Shown here: piece by piece, positions 1-8,773 of the stretch
Layout: the number at the start of each line of letters is the position of its first letter
Position numbering within the stretch: position 1 is the first letter of the stretch
Assembly: GCA_023255625.1 (NCBI GenBank)
Contig: JAHFLF010000001.1
Span: forward strand, 185,766-249,765
DNA: 64,000 nucleotides
Source: Candidatus Harrisonbacteria bacterium
Lineage (GTDB): Bacteria; Patescibacteriota; Minisyncoccia; UBA6257; 1-14-0-10-44-23
Direction: 5' to 3'
Program-made: the position numbers and the translations under genes
The notes under the pieces: generated by a model
What the model was told of the DNA's origin: nothing
The model's database searches: none
The model's input: only the letters and a program-made list of their open reading frames with translations

Positions 1-222
1 TTTTTGCTTTTGTGCCATTTGAAATAAGTTTTCTGGAGTCCTTCGTTCCACGCATCATAAGCTTTGAGATCGCGAAATCCTCGCGTGGGTATCGGGCAGC
101 CAAACTGCTCGAACCACCCCTTGAATGCTTTGATCCGTTCCTGAAACTTTTTATCCAGCAATATTTTTTGGACCTTGTAGTAGTTCGCGTCGTAAACAGG
201 ATCTACTTCCCCACGTGATGTC
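1..222 (-). CDS. Hypothetical protein, 5'-partial at window edge (N-terminal 74 aa visible: MTSRGEVDPVYDANYYKVQKILLDKKFQERIKAFKGWF...)
   Basis: Reverse-strand ATG at 220-222 opens a frame that runs off the window start without a stop. It is absent from the ORF track because it is truncated. It is preferred over the short + ORF 12..218. Confidence 0.3.
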
Positions 223-485
223 ATGGCTGTATTCTAGGCCTCCAGGTGAAGACGCGCAAGTTGTAGGTAATCTTTTTTGAAGGTATCATATACGCAACAA
301 CTTAATAGCAGTGTGACCTAACCTCTCCGAGCAATCGGGCAGCATGGTCTTAAGCCCTCAACAGTAAAAAGCTCCTAGTCAGAGCGCTGTTGAGGCCATA
401 TCGGGAAACTGGTATGGGTGCCGCAAGGCATCGCTGGCTGGGGGCTTTTTGTTCGTCAGCCAGCATAACGATTAAAAATATCATT

Positions 486-1205
486 ATGTTTGCACTCGTT
501 CTGATTTTGCTTTTCGTGGTGATCTGTTTGTTGGCAGCGGGCATTATGCGTCCCACCTCGCTGAACTGGGCGTTTAGGGGCAACAGTAGCCGAAAGAAGG
601 TGTTTTCTGTGTTCGGTCTGGGCGCAATAGTTCTGTTTATCATTTTGACCGTGATAACGCCGGGCAGTCAGGATAGCGCCGTCAGTGTCAGTTCGGCTCC
701 GGTTGCTTCGACACCTAGCAGCCCGGTTAGTCAGCCGGTCGCGCAAACTGATCAGCAGAAGCTGGAGGCCGTCGCGCGAGCTGCGTTGAGTGATAACGGC
801 GCCTTACAGGTTTCGTTCAAAGAGGCGGTTATTGAGAAGGACGACCCGATCCGGCCGAAGGGTTCAAGGTTTGTGACCGTTGATCTTAATACTGGTGATT
901 TTTTTAACAAGGACGAGTTCGTGCAAGATAGCAGCAAAGTTTCCTCTGCTATTTTCCAGAATGCCTTTCCGGTCAACGGCAGCTTCTATGATGTGCTGGT
1001 CCGCTATTTTGGTGCCACTAAAGATGCTTACGGCAACACCAAAGATGATCTCATCATGTCTTACACCATCGACCGGCCGACGGCCGCAAAAATCAACTGG
1101 CAAGGGTTTGATCGAGAGAGCCTGTGCTCGTTCCTAAAACAGGAAAGCTCCGCGCAAGGCGGCAATGCTTATGTTGGCTGCAACATGCTGGTGAATATTC
1201 AGTAA
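486..1205 (+). CDS. Hypothetical membrane-anchored protein (2 N-terminal TM helices, Ser/Pro/Val-rich linker, C-terminal soluble domain)
   Basis: ORF 390..1205. The internal Met at 486 (MFALVLILLFVVICLL...) starts the hydrophobic N-terminus. No recognisable family. Confidence 0.5.
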   Translation: MFALVLILLFVVICLLAAGIMRPTSLNWAFRGNSSRKKVFSVFGLGAIVLFIILTVITPGSQDSAVSVSSAPVASTPSSPVSQPVAQTDQQKLEAVARAALSDNGALQVSFKEAVIEKDDPIRPKGSRFVTVDLNTGDFFNKDEFVQDSSKVSSAIFQNAFPVNGSFYDVLVRYFGATKDAYGNTKDDLIMSYTIDRPTAAKINWQGFDRESLCSFLKQESSAQGGNAYVGCNMLVNIQ

Positions 1206-1247
1206 GCAGCTTGCGGTCTTTATAAGCTGAGTGGTAGTCTAGGTGGC

Positions 1248-1736
1248 ATGGATAACCCTATTAGGATAGAAACGCTTGAGAAGGTATTAGATCGTCAAAT
1301 TGCGTGGATTGAGTCCGCAAATACCCGCACCGCTACTGCGATCACTCTTGCAACTGCGATGCTTGGCGTTCTTGCAGCTCTTAGTCCGGCAAAGGGGCTA
1401 CCATGGACGTGGCTACAGTGTCTTTTTGTAGGTCTTTCAGTTTTGAGCCTACTCCTCTGCTTGCTGATGTGCGTACTCGCCGTGTTCCCGCGCACCAAGG
1501 GGCCGGAAGACTCAATGATTTTTTTCGGACCGATTGCTAGGCGTGATCGCAAAGACTTTATTGCGGCAGCTAAAACGCTTACTGCTGAGGAGTATTCGCT
1601 CGATCTTGCAGCACAGGTCCACATAAATGCTCAGATCGCAAAAACAAAGTTTCGTTGGGTGCATTGGGCGATGCGAGCCTTCTTTGTCAGTATTTTGCCG
1701 TGGGTAGTGGCGGTTTACTTCTTTTATCAGGGTTGA
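1248..1736 (+). CDS. Small 3-TM membrane protein; candidate membrane effector partner of the downstream cyclase (Pycsar-type TM effector-like)
   Basis: 162 aa. Hydrophobic segments ATAITLATAMLGVLAAL, LFVGLSVLSLLLCLLMCVLAVF and FFVSILPWVVAVYFF. Its TGA stop lies 5 nt before the cyclase ATG, on the same strand. SD-like taggtgg sits upstream. Confidence 0.6.
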   Translation: MDNPIRIETLEKVLDRQIAWIESANTRTATAITLATAMLGVLAALSPAKGLPWTWLQCLFVGLSVLSLLLCLLMCVLAVFPRTKGPEDSMIFFGPIARRDRKDFIAAAKTLTAEEYSLDLAAQVHINAQIAKTKFRWVHWAMRAFFVSILPWVVAVYFFYQG

Positions 1737-1741
1737 TTTTT

Positions 1742-2437
1742 ATGAGCTTAGCTGATGACCTACGCAAAGAAGTCAGGGATATCTTTCAGGCTCGGTGGTA
1801 TGAACGAGAGGGCAGAGATGTTCCAGATACGGAAAATATCACCCTCAGCAATGAGGCCGTAACTTTAGACGGCACCGTCCTATACGCCGATCTTGTTGCG
1901 TCAACTACGCTCGTCAATTCACGAAGTTCTAAGTTTGCGGCGGAGATTTACAAAGCTTTTTTATATTGCGCAGCGAAAGTCATCCGAGAGAGCGATGGTG
2001 AGATTACGGCCTACGATGGAGACCGTATTATGGCCGTGTTTATGGGCGGCTATAAAAATACCAATGCGGCAAAGGCAGCTCTCCGGATTAACTGGTGCAT
2101 GGATGAACTAGTTAACCCTTTGATGAGAGACCAGTATCCCGATAAGGCTACGGACTCGTATCGAGCAGTTGTCGGTATCGATACTGGCAAGCTGTTTGTC
2201 GCGAAGACAGGCATCCGCGGTTCGAATGACTTGGTTTGGGTCGGTCGCGCGGCAAACTATGCGGCAAAACTTTGCGATCGTCGTCTTGCCAATTACAACA
2301 CATGGATTACCGCTGACGTCTATAACAAATTGGACGGAGTCGCTAAGATGACTTCTGGCGAACACATGTGGCATACAGCTACATGGGAGGTAAGCGGGCA
2401 AACTATTTATGGCTCTACTTGGCGGTGGGCCGCATAA
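1742..2437 (+). CDS. Minimal stand-alone class III nucleotidyl (adenylyl/guanylyl/pyrimidine) cyclase domain protein, PycC-like
   Basis: Internal start MSLADDLRKEV at 1742 within ORF 1655..2437. Cyclase homology-domain motifs: TVLYADLVASTTL (metal Asp), YDGDRIMAVF (second Asp), GIDTGKLFVAKTG, DLVWVGRAANYAAKL (Asn/Arg transition-state residues). 232 aa with no regulatory domains. Confidence 0.7.
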   Translation: MSLADDLRKEVRDIFQARWYEREGRDVPDTENITLSNEAVTLDGTVLYADLVASTTLVNSRSSKFAAEIYKAFLYCAAKVIRESDGEITAYDGDRIMAVFMGGYKNTNAAKAALRINWCMDELVNPLMRDQYPDKATDSYRAVVGIDTGKLFVAKTGIRGSNDLVWVGRAANYAAKLCDRRLANYNTWITADVYNKLDGVAKMTSGEHMWHTATWEVSGQTIYGSTWRWAA

Positions 2438-2444
2438 TGCGGGT

Positions 2445-4439
2445 TCATTTCTTAGCCTCGCTGATGGCTTTCGTAGCTTTTTCTTTCGCCGTCTTCTGTG
2501 CCTCACTATCAATTTTTCTGTATTCGGGCAGTATCCAAACGAAGAGCGGTATCAAGCATTCGGCTACACCTAAGCTTAGTACGAAATATCCCAGGTTAGG
2601 ATTGTCGGCCATGATTGTTTTGATGCCGAAATATGTAAGCGCAGCTCCGATGATCAAAACAGCTAGACCTTTTGCAAATAACCACCATCGCCTTCTACGC
2701 TTCTCTTCGCAATAAATCTGATCGATTAACACCGTCATCACAGCTGCACTATAGCCAGCCTCTTTTTTAAGATCGCCGCCCATCTCCTCAACTCGTCCCT
2801 CAAGCCTCTTCATTTCATCGTCAGCAGTCATTTTTTTGCGCTGGAAAGTCCGCCGGATCTCCAGCTGAAGCTCACTGTCATTCTTTGATTTCCCTGCCAT
2901 TCTCAGGCGACGCATTTTTGCTGCGAATTGTTGGATATCTTCGGTACTCAGTTCTTTCGCCCTTTCGTCTAGATCTAAAAGTGCATCTAAGTCCTCGAGT
3001 GTATATACGCGATCGCTCGCGTGAAGGTCCTCTCTGATGATGGTGCCAAACAATGGAATAAAGTTTTCGGGCTTGTGACCTGGTCCACCAGATGAAATCG
3101 CCAGTATTTGAACAAGGGTATCGATGCCAATCCAGGCCGGAGGTTTCGCTCCAGCCCATCGGGCCGCGAGAGTTTGCATGGGCCCGTCGGAACTTATGAT
3201 CCAAGACTTTGTCCCTCTTCCGCGCAGACACTCCAACACACTATCTAAGGCGGCGTCGTGGATGGTCGAATGCTTTGATTTTTCGTAATGTCTTTGAGCT
3301 TTCCATTCAGCTGCAATTTCAGTCTGCTTTTTTGTGTTCTTTCGTCCAGCTTCAGCAGCAATAGCGACTTCTGGATCTTCCAGCCTTACTATTTTTTCAT
3401 CTCCGATTTTATCTGGAGCATATTGTATGGAGTCAAAAAACCTCGTGAAACTTTCTTTATCTACACAACCACGTGCGAGTGCCGTTTTCAGAAATGGATC
3501 TCTCGCGTCTTCAATGACATCTAGTGAATAGTTGCCAATAGCTCTTAGTGCTTCGCCCCTCTTCCTTGCCACGACTGACTCATATTCATCTTCGGTTTCT
3601 CTTGTAACGTAAAAAGCTGCCTCGATGTGTTTGATAGAAGCTGCAAGAGCAGAAAATGCAGATGCGAGCCGGCTCTTCTCTAGTGCTGCGACGAAAAGAA
3701 CATTCGTATCAAGTAAAAGGCTGGAGCTTTTGAACTCGCTTATTGAAAGAGGGTCTGGTCCCGTTGCTGCTGTAACGAGCCGAGCGGATAGCATCGCTTG
3801 AGCAAATGACCATATCTGTTGCTCGACAGCGATATCTTCATGGTCGCGCAAAAAACTGTTGAAGCCATCGATAAGGTGTGTCTGGTCTTTTTCTAAATGA
3901 TACTCGCCGATGGACGTTGTAATGATATTTTTTATCTGCTCTGCGTCCGGTAGTTTCGCGGCCTCGCGCTTTAGACGCTTGGCCCAAACCTCACCGAACT
4001 TGCCAAAAAATGCAGTTGCAGCATTTTTAAACCACGCTCTCAATGTCGCCCGATCTATCTTCGTACCAAAATGCTTATCGAGGACGTGATCAATCCGTCG
4101 TTCAGCATTACTCAGATCTATTTTTATTCGCTCCGACTCCTCGCTCTTTAGAAACCAGAACTTCCCTTGCTTGATGACGACGCCTTTGTCTTTCAAAAAC
4201 TCTAGCCCACCTTGCACGTCTTGGGGTATGAGATTTCTAACACCAACGATACGCGCGGCTTCCGCGCTGATTTCTGTAAGCCGAGCCTTCTTCTCTGGCT
4301 GAAGGAACAAGATCTTCGTAATGATCTCAGCAAACGCACGCGTTTTTAGTGACCGCGTACCGGCATCGTAGTACAAATGTGTGGGTACTAATAACTCACG
4401 TAGCGACTCAATTTCCAATGATTTTTGCGCGTCATTCAT
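2445..4439 (-). CDS. Large hypothetical protein: N-terminal winged-helix-like region, PIN-like nuclease domain, long charged coiled-coil, C-terminal 2-TM anchor
   Basis: 664 aa. SSLLLDTNVLFVAALEKS (PIN N-terminal Asp motif) and SWIISSDGPMQ (C-terminal PIN-like Asp). C-terminus WWLFAKGLAVLIIGAALTYFGIK...LSLGVAECLIPLFVWILP is hydrophobic. Convergent with the cyclase operon. Confidence 0.5.
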   Translation of the reverse strand: MNDAQKSLEIESLRELLVPTHLYYDAGTRSLKTRAFAEIITKILFLQPEKKARLTEISAEAARIVGVRNLIPQDVQGGLEFLKDKGVVIKQGKFWFLKSEESERIKIDLSNAERRIDHVLDKHFGTKIDRATLRAWFKNAATAFFGKFGEVWAKRLKREAAKLPDAEQIKNIITTSIGEYHLEKDQTHLIDGFNSFLRDHEDIAVEQQIWSFAQAMLSARLVTAATGPDPLSISEFKSSSLLLDTNVLFVAALEKSRLASAFSALAASIKHIEAAFYVTRETEDEYESVVARKRGEALRAIGNYSLDVIEDARDPFLKTALARGCVDKESFTRFFDSIQYAPDKIGDEKIVRLEDPEVAIAAEAGRKNTKKQTEIAAEWKAQRHYEKSKHSTIHDAALDSVLECLRGRGTKSWIISSDGPMQTLAARWAGAKPPAWIGIDTLVQILAISSGGPGHKPENFIPLFGTIIREDLHASDRVYTLEDLDALLDLDERAKELSTEDIQQFAAKMRRLRMAGKSKNDSELQLEIRRTFQRKKMTADDEMKRLEGRVEEMGGDLKKEAGYSAAVMTVLIDQIYCEEKRRRRWWLFAKGLAVLIIGAALTYFGIKTIMADNPNLGYFVLSLGVAECLIPLFVWILPEYRKIDSEAQKTAKEKATKAISEAKK

Positions 4440-4678
4440 AACTGTTTCAATAAACTAGCACTTTCCCCTAGTTTTGCATAGGATCTTTGATCGTCCGACA
4501 ATATAGCGAGCGACACTGGAGTGAAGATAGGCTCGGCTTGGTACCAAAACGCTACTTGAGCGCCGCCGCCTATTTACCCTAAAACAAAACTGGACGCCCG
4601 CTTTGGACGTCCAGTTCGTGATTTCCCTTATGAGTACTGCATTTCTGCCGTTCAACCGGCTGGGACTGAAGCGCTCGT

Positions 4679-5137
4679 TTAGCGCTTCGCCCACTGCGGA
4701 GCACGGCGGGCTTTCTTGAGTCCGTATTTCTTGCGTTCAACATGGCGCGGATCGCGGGTCATGTGGCCGTCGCGGCGCTGGGCTTTGCGAAGTTCCGGAT
4801 CATGCGCAACCAGCGCGCGGGCAATACCATTTCTGACTGCATCTGCCTGGCCCATCATGCCACCGCCATACACATGCGCTGAAACTCCAACCGCATCCTG
4901 CATCTGTGCTGTGATGAGCGGCGCCATAACCGTTGCCTGCTGGCGAAGAGTTGGGAAATACTTTTTAAAATCCTTGCCGTTGACCGTGATACCTGAATGC
5001 TTTGGAAAAATACGCACCTGGGCTGAAGCCGTTTTACGGCCGCCGATGCCCTGCTTATAGCGACCAGTAAATCCGCCGTGCTTAGCCGGTGCTGCGTGCT
5101 CTGCCTTTACTTCTGATTTTGTTTGTTTTGTAACCAT
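4679..5137 (-). CDS. rpsI: 30S ribosomal protein S9
   Basis: C-terminus ...HVERKKYGLKKARRAPQWAKR and a conserved S9 core (GRKTASAQVRI, GGGMMGQADAVRNGIARAL). Confidence 0.9.
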   Translation of the reverse strand: MVTKQTKSEVKAEHAAPAKHGGFTGRYKQGIGGRKTASAQVRIFPKHSGITVNGKDFKKYFPTLRQQATVMAPLITAQMQDAVGVSAHVYGGGMMGQADAVRNGIARALVAHDPELRKAQRRDGHMTRDPRHVERKKYGLKKARRAPQWAKR

Positions 5138-5146
5138 GGTATTCGT

Positions 5147-5246
5147 TAATTTTCAATTTCTAATTTTCAATTTTCAAACAATGATTTAATTTCTAAATTG
5201 ATACATTGGAAATTGTTTAGAAATTAGAAATTGAGAATTGAAAATT
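5147..5246. repeat. AT-rich palindromic intergenic element (family R2), copy 1
   Basis: aattttcaatttctaattttcaattttcaaacaatg...cattggaaattgtttagaaattagaaattgagaattgaaaatt. The two arms are reverse complements. Near-identical copies at 23912-23998 and 62656-62764. Confidence 0.7.
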
Positions 5247-5607
5247 ACCTCTCTATCTTAAGTCTATTCATCCTCACCTGCCGCAGTTTATTCTTCGGCA
5301 GCATGTTAAACACGGCATACTCAACAATGCGCTCCGGGGTGCGCTTACGCATCTCCTCTACCGGCTTTTCGCGCAAGTGGCCCTGGTAACTGGTGTGATG
5401 ATAATACATCTTATCTGTCTCTTTTTTACCGGAAAACTTTACCTTTGCCGCATTCTTCACAATCACGCGATTGCCGCCAGCAAGGCGCGGCTCATACGCG
5501 GCCGAGGTCTTGCCCTGCAGAATGGCAGAAATCTTCGTGGCTAAGCGGCCAACGATTTGGCCCTCTGCATCAATCACAAATTCTTTTATCTTTTCTTTTG
5601 TTTCCAT
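5245..5607 (-). CDS. rplM: 50S ribosomal protein L13
   Basis: VIDAEGQIVGRLATKISAILQGK...MYYHHTSYQG... is the L13 core. Start at the second Met (METKEK) is preferred; the ORF extends to 5634. Confidence 0.9.
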   Translation of the reverse strand: METKEKIKEFVIDAEGQIVGRLATKISAILQGKTSAAYEPRLAGGNRVIVKNAAKVKFSGKKETDKMYYHHTSYQGHLREKPVEEMRKRTPERIVEYAVFNMLPKNKLRQVRMNRLKIER

Positions 5608-5655
5608 ATTTCTATTCGCGATATTACTCTTCAATTCGCGTTATTAGCGATTACT

Positions 5656-5997
5656 CTATACGAATTCAATCGTCGCCATCTTAGTTCCATCGCGCATCCG
5701 CTGAACAGCATGCTTACTAATCCGCAGATAACCGCCGGTGCGATCCTTATACTTCGGTGCAATCTCATAAAAAAGTTTTTCAGCCGCCCCCTTCGGCAGA
5801 TTTGCCAGAAGCATACGCAGCTTGGCAACCTGGCCCGTTTTTGCATAACTAATATAGCGTTCAACCAAAGGCCGAATGTCTTTTGCCCGCGCCTCGGTTG
5901 TAACCATCTGCCCGTACATAATCAAACTGGTCGCAAGTTGTTTGCGAAAAGCTCGACGGCGTCCGGTGGTTCTGGCAAATTTTCTTTGGGAAACCAT
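5656..5997 (-). CDS. rplQ: 50S ribosomal protein L17
   Basis: RKFARTTGRRRAFRKQLATSLIMYGQMVTTEARAKDIRPLVERYIS... has L17 family features. Position after rpoA matches the alpha operon. Confidence 0.9.
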   Translation of the reverse strand: MVSQRKFARTTGRRRAFRKQLATSLIMYGQMVTTEARAKDIRPLVERYISYAKTGQVAKLRMLLANLPKGAAEKLFYEIAPKYKDRTGGYLRISKHAVQRMRDGTKMATIEFV

Positions 5998-6001
5998 AAA
6001 T

Positions 6002-6070
6002 TCAGTTAGTCAGTTAGTTGGTTAGTCAGTTAGTTGGCGGGATGATTTTCGGTTTTAGCTGACTAACTTT
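6002..6070. repeat. GTTAGTTRG micro-repeat hairpin (family R1), copy between rplQ and rpoA
   Basis: ttcagttagtcagttagttggttagtcagttagttggcgg...ttttagctgactaactttttt. Inverted arms gttagtcag / ctgactaac. Confidence 0.6.
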
Positions 6071-6071
6071 T

Positions 6072-6896
6072 TTACTCTTTCTTTTTGCTTTTCTTCTTCG
6101 GCTTTTTCTCAACCTCCGCTTCACTCTCACCTACGGCTGGAGCGGACTCGATTGCGGCTGCGCCACCAAGCTGATCAAAGGCCTTTGTAAAGTGTTCGGC
6201 AAGAATTGCCAGCGCCTGACGCAAAGCCATAGACGGAGACATGCCGCCGTCGGTCTCAATCACCAAACGGGCGCGGTTAAAGTCTGTCTGATCACCCACG
6301 CGCATATTCTCGGTGGTCATCGTAACCTTAGTCACCGGAGAAAATAAAGCATCAATCTGTATAACGCCGACGGCCACTGATCCGCCCTGCTTGACCGTTT
6401 CAACCGGAACATAACCAAAACCCTTTTCGATGGTCAGCTCGATTTCAAGCTCAACGCCTTTTTTGGTAATCGTCGCAATTTTTTGTTCTTTATTCACAAC
6501 AGAAACCCGGCCGCTCTCACTGATATCAGCCGCCGTAACCTCTCCCTCACCCTTTGCTTTAAGAGTTAGCGTTTCTGGCTCAGTGAAACCGGAATCACCC
6601 GGAAACTGGAAGCGCACATTCTTTAGATTCAACATAATCTCGACTACATCCTCCATAACTCCTTCGATAGTCGAAAACTCGTGCAAAACTCCCTTGATCT
6701 TCATCTGTGTTATAGCGGCTCCGGGCAAGGAAGAAAGCAGCACGCGACGCAGCGCATTGCCTATGGTCAAACCATAACCGCGATATAAACCGTCAATATC
6801 AAAAACCCCAACTTTCTCGTTTTCCGAAACCGTCACCACCTTCAAATTTTCTGCTAATGAAATTTTATCCATGAGTATATAATTACTATTTGACAA
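6072..6896 (-). CDS. rpoA: DNA-directed RNA polymerase alpha subunit
   Basis: GYGLTIGNALRRVLLSSLPGAAITQMKIKGVLHEFSTIEGV... is the alpha N-terminal-domain signature. Start may be the internal Met at 6872. Lys-rich C-terminal tail; short overall (274 aa). Confidence 0.9.
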   Translation of the reverse strand: MSNSNYILMDKISLAENLKVVTVSENEKVGVFDIDGLYRGYGLTIGNALRRVLLSSLPGAAITQMKIKGVLHEFSTIEGVMEDVVEIMLNLKNVRFQFPGDSGFTEPETLTLKAKGEGEVTAADISESGRVSVVNKEQKIATITKKGVELEIELTIEKGFGYVPVETVKQGGSVAVGVIQIDALFSPVTKVTMTTENMRVGDQTDFNRARLVIETDGGMSPSMALRQALAILAEHFTKAFDQLGGAAAIESAPAVGESEAEVEKKPKKKSKKKE

Positions 6897-7509
6897 TCTT
6901 TGAATAATAATCTACTACCAAGGAAATGTCAAAACCGGCATCAAGATCCTTCGGTAACATTTTCACTGTACCCTGCAAAGTTTGCGGATTAATCGTCAGC
7001 CAATTCGGCTGCTGAAGTTTAGCAAACCGCTCGGCAACATCCTTGAAAATCTGGAGATCTTTTGACTGCGGCCGGATCGTAACCGTGTCCCCTACTTTTA
7101 TGAGCATGGAGGGGGCAGATCCGCGGCGGCCATTCACGAAGATATGACCATGGCCAACTGCTTGGCGGGCGACGGAACGAGAAGGAGCAAAACCCATCCG
7201 GAAAACAACATTGTCCAGACGCCGCTCGAGCAAAGAAAGCATTTCCTGACCAGTCGGCAGCTTACTCTTATTGGCCTTGGCAAAGGTATTGCGCAGCTGT
7301 TTCTCGCGCAGACCATAGGTATATTTTATCTTCTGCTTCTCGGTCAGCTGCTTGCCAAATTCTGAACCGGCGCGGCGGCGTGAAGCCCCGTGCTGACCTG
7401 GTCGATTTGGCCGGCGGGTAATTGCAGATTTACCGGTCGCGCTACGGAACGGCTTTAAAAACAGGGGCATTCCGAGACGGCGTTCTTTTCTGGCTCTGGT
7501 ATCAAACAT
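6886..7509 (-). CDS. rpsD: 30S ribosomal protein S4
   Basis: RPGQHGASRRR...KQKIKYTYGLREKQLRNTF...LERRLDNVVFRMGFAPSRSVARQAVGHGHIFVNGRR. Confidence 0.9.
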   Translation of the reverse strand: MFDTRARKERRLGMPLFLKPFRSATGKSAITRRPNRPGQHGASRRRAGSEFGKQLTEKQKIKYTYGLREKQLRNTFAKANKSKLPTGQEMLSLLERRLDNVVFRMGFAPSRSVARQAVGHGHIFVNGRRGSAPSMLIKVGDTVTIRPQSKDLQIFKDVAERFAKLQQPNWLTINPQTLQGTVKMLPKDLDAGFDISLVVDYYSKIVK

Positions 7510-7512
7510 GGA

Positions 7513-7612
7513 ATTAGTTACAAGTTTTAAAGTTTATCAAGTTGTAAAGTTGGGGAATGCGTCATCTTGTTTTCCTTGATGAACTTGAAAAACTTGATGA
7601 ACTTTATGAACT
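7513..7612. repeat. Intercistronic repeat family R3 (AAGTTTATCAAGTT / TTGATGAACTTGAAAAACTTGATGAACTT), copy 1
   Basis: agttacaagttttaaagtttatcaagttgtaaagttgg...ttgatgaacttgaaaaacttgatgaacttt. Arms are partly reverse-complementary. Copies at 8069-8170 and 20666-20768. Confidence 0.65.
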
Positions 7613-7613
7613 C

Positions 7614-8066
7614 TTAAATTCTCCGGACTTTCCTCGGTTTAGGACCGTTATGCGGAATCGGAGTTACATCGTGGATAGATAATACATCAAACCCCTGATT
7701 CACAAAGGAGCGGACGCTGGAATCCCGACCGCCGCCGATGCCATTTAAGAAGATGCTAACTTTTTGCAGTCCGGCCTTGCGCAGCTTTTCAGTCAAAGCC
7801 GAGACAACCTTACTGGCAGCGAACGGAGTTGCTTTTTTTGGCCCGCGAAAACCCAGACTGCCGGCGGTGCTCCAGGCCACCAAATTTCCCTTCTCATCAG
7901 TAACTGAAATAATTGTGTTGTTGTAGCTGGCCTTAACATAGACATTACCCCGATCAAATTTCTTGGTAACGGATTTTGCCGAGGTTGCCGCAACAGCACC
8001 CTCGATGGCGCTGGCCTGCCCTATTGCCTCTGCGTCAGTTTGTGTGCCGACTTTTTTCTTACCCAT
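7614..8066 (-). CDS. rpsK: 30S ribosomal protein S11
   Basis: NVYVKASYNNTIISVTDEKGN...GFRGPKKATPFAA...GGGRDSSVRSFVNQGFDVLSIHDVTPIPHNGPKPRKVRRI. Confidence 0.9.
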   Translation of the reverse strand: MGKKKVGTQTDAEAIGQASAIEGAVAATSAKSVTKKFDRGNVYVKASYNNTIISVTDEKGNLVAWSTAGSLGFRGPKKATPFAASKVVSALTEKLRKAGLQKVSIFLNGIGGGRDSSVRSFVNQGFDVLSIHDVTPIPHNGPKPRKVRRI

Positions 8067-8068
8067 GG

Positions 8069-8170
8069 GTTTAGTTACAAGTTCTTCAAGTTTATCAAGT
8101 TATAAAGTTGGAACGATTTCATCCGGTTTTTCATTTGCTTGATGAACTTGAAAAACTTGATGAACTTTTT
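8069..8170. repeat. Intercistronic repeat family R3, copy 2
   Basis: gtttagttacaagttcttcaagtttatcaagttataaagttgg...cttgatgaacttgaaaaacttgatgaactttttac. Confidence 0.65.
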
Positions 8171-8171
8171 A

Positions 8172-8555
8172 CTACTTCAGGTCTACCTTTCGTTTACCGC
8201 TACCAGCCGTTTTACGAGTATTGCCCCGCACCGTACGCGAGTTGGTTTTGGTGCGCTGACCGTGAACCGGCAAACGGCGAGCGTGACGGCTGCCTCGGTA
8301 CGAGCCCATTTCTTTGAGCATAGCTATATTTTGTCGAACCACACTGCGCAGCTCTCCTTCAATCTTGAATTTCTTTTCAATATAATCCTTGATTTGGTTA
8401 ACTTCAGATGCATCTAAATCTTTGGCCTTCTTGCCAACCGGGATGCCAACCTGCTTGATAATCTCAATTGCCCGAGCCGGCCCAACGCCGTAAATATAGC
8501 GAAGAGCAACTTCGATTCGTTTATTGTCTGGAATTGTGATACCGGCGATACGCAT
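8172..8555 (-). CDS. rpsM: 30S ribosomal protein S13
   Basis: MRIAGITIPDNKRIEVALRYIYGVGPARAIEI...GSYRGSRHARRLPVHGQRTKTNSRT. Confidence 0.9.
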   Translation of the reverse strand: MRIAGITIPDNKRIEVALRYIYGVGPARAIEIIKQVGIPVGKKAKDLDASEVNQIKDYIEKKFKIEGELRSVVRQNIAMLKEMGSYRGSRHARRLPVHGQRTKTNSRTVRGNTRKTAGSGKRKVDLK

Positions 8556-8557
8556 GA

Positions 8558-8652
8558 TCAGTTGGTTAGTTACTTAGTTAGTTGGTTAGTTAGCAGATTC
8601 GGGGTTCTTGGTTTTTACAAACTAACTAGCTAACCAAGTAACCAATTAACTT
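8558..8652. repeat. GTTAGTTRG micro-repeat hairpin (family R1)
   Basis: cagttggttagttacttagttagttggttagttagc ... aaactaactagctaaccaagtaaccaattaac. Imperfect inverted arms. Confidence 0.6.
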
Positions 8653-8659
8653 ACCCGCC

Positions 8660-8773
8660 CTATCCTTGTCGTTGCTTATGCTTAGGAATACTGCAAATAA
8701 CAAAAATTCGTCCCTGCCGGCGGACGGTCTTACACTTCTGACAAACTTTTTTTACGGATGAACGAACCTTCAT
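8660..8773 (-). CDS. rpmJ: 50S ribosomal protein L36
   Basis: Hand-translated minus-strand ORF not in the ORF track (too short): [37 protein letters not shown]. Canonical L36 with C-x2-C...C-x4-H zinc ribbon, at the expected site between infA and rpsM. Confidence 0.8.
   Translation of the reverse strand: MKVRSSVKKVCQKCKTVRRQGRIFVICSIPKHKQRQG

Noticed and set aside
12-218. Plus-strand 68-aa ORF at the window start
   Set aside because: Entirely overlapped by a longer reverse-strand open frame that starts at an ATG at 220-222 and runs off the window. The plus ORF has no RBS or family signal.
2878-3531. Antisense or overlapping ORFs inside the 664-aa PIN-like gene
   Set aside because: These are embedded in a long, well-supported reading frame on the other strand. 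No independent signals.
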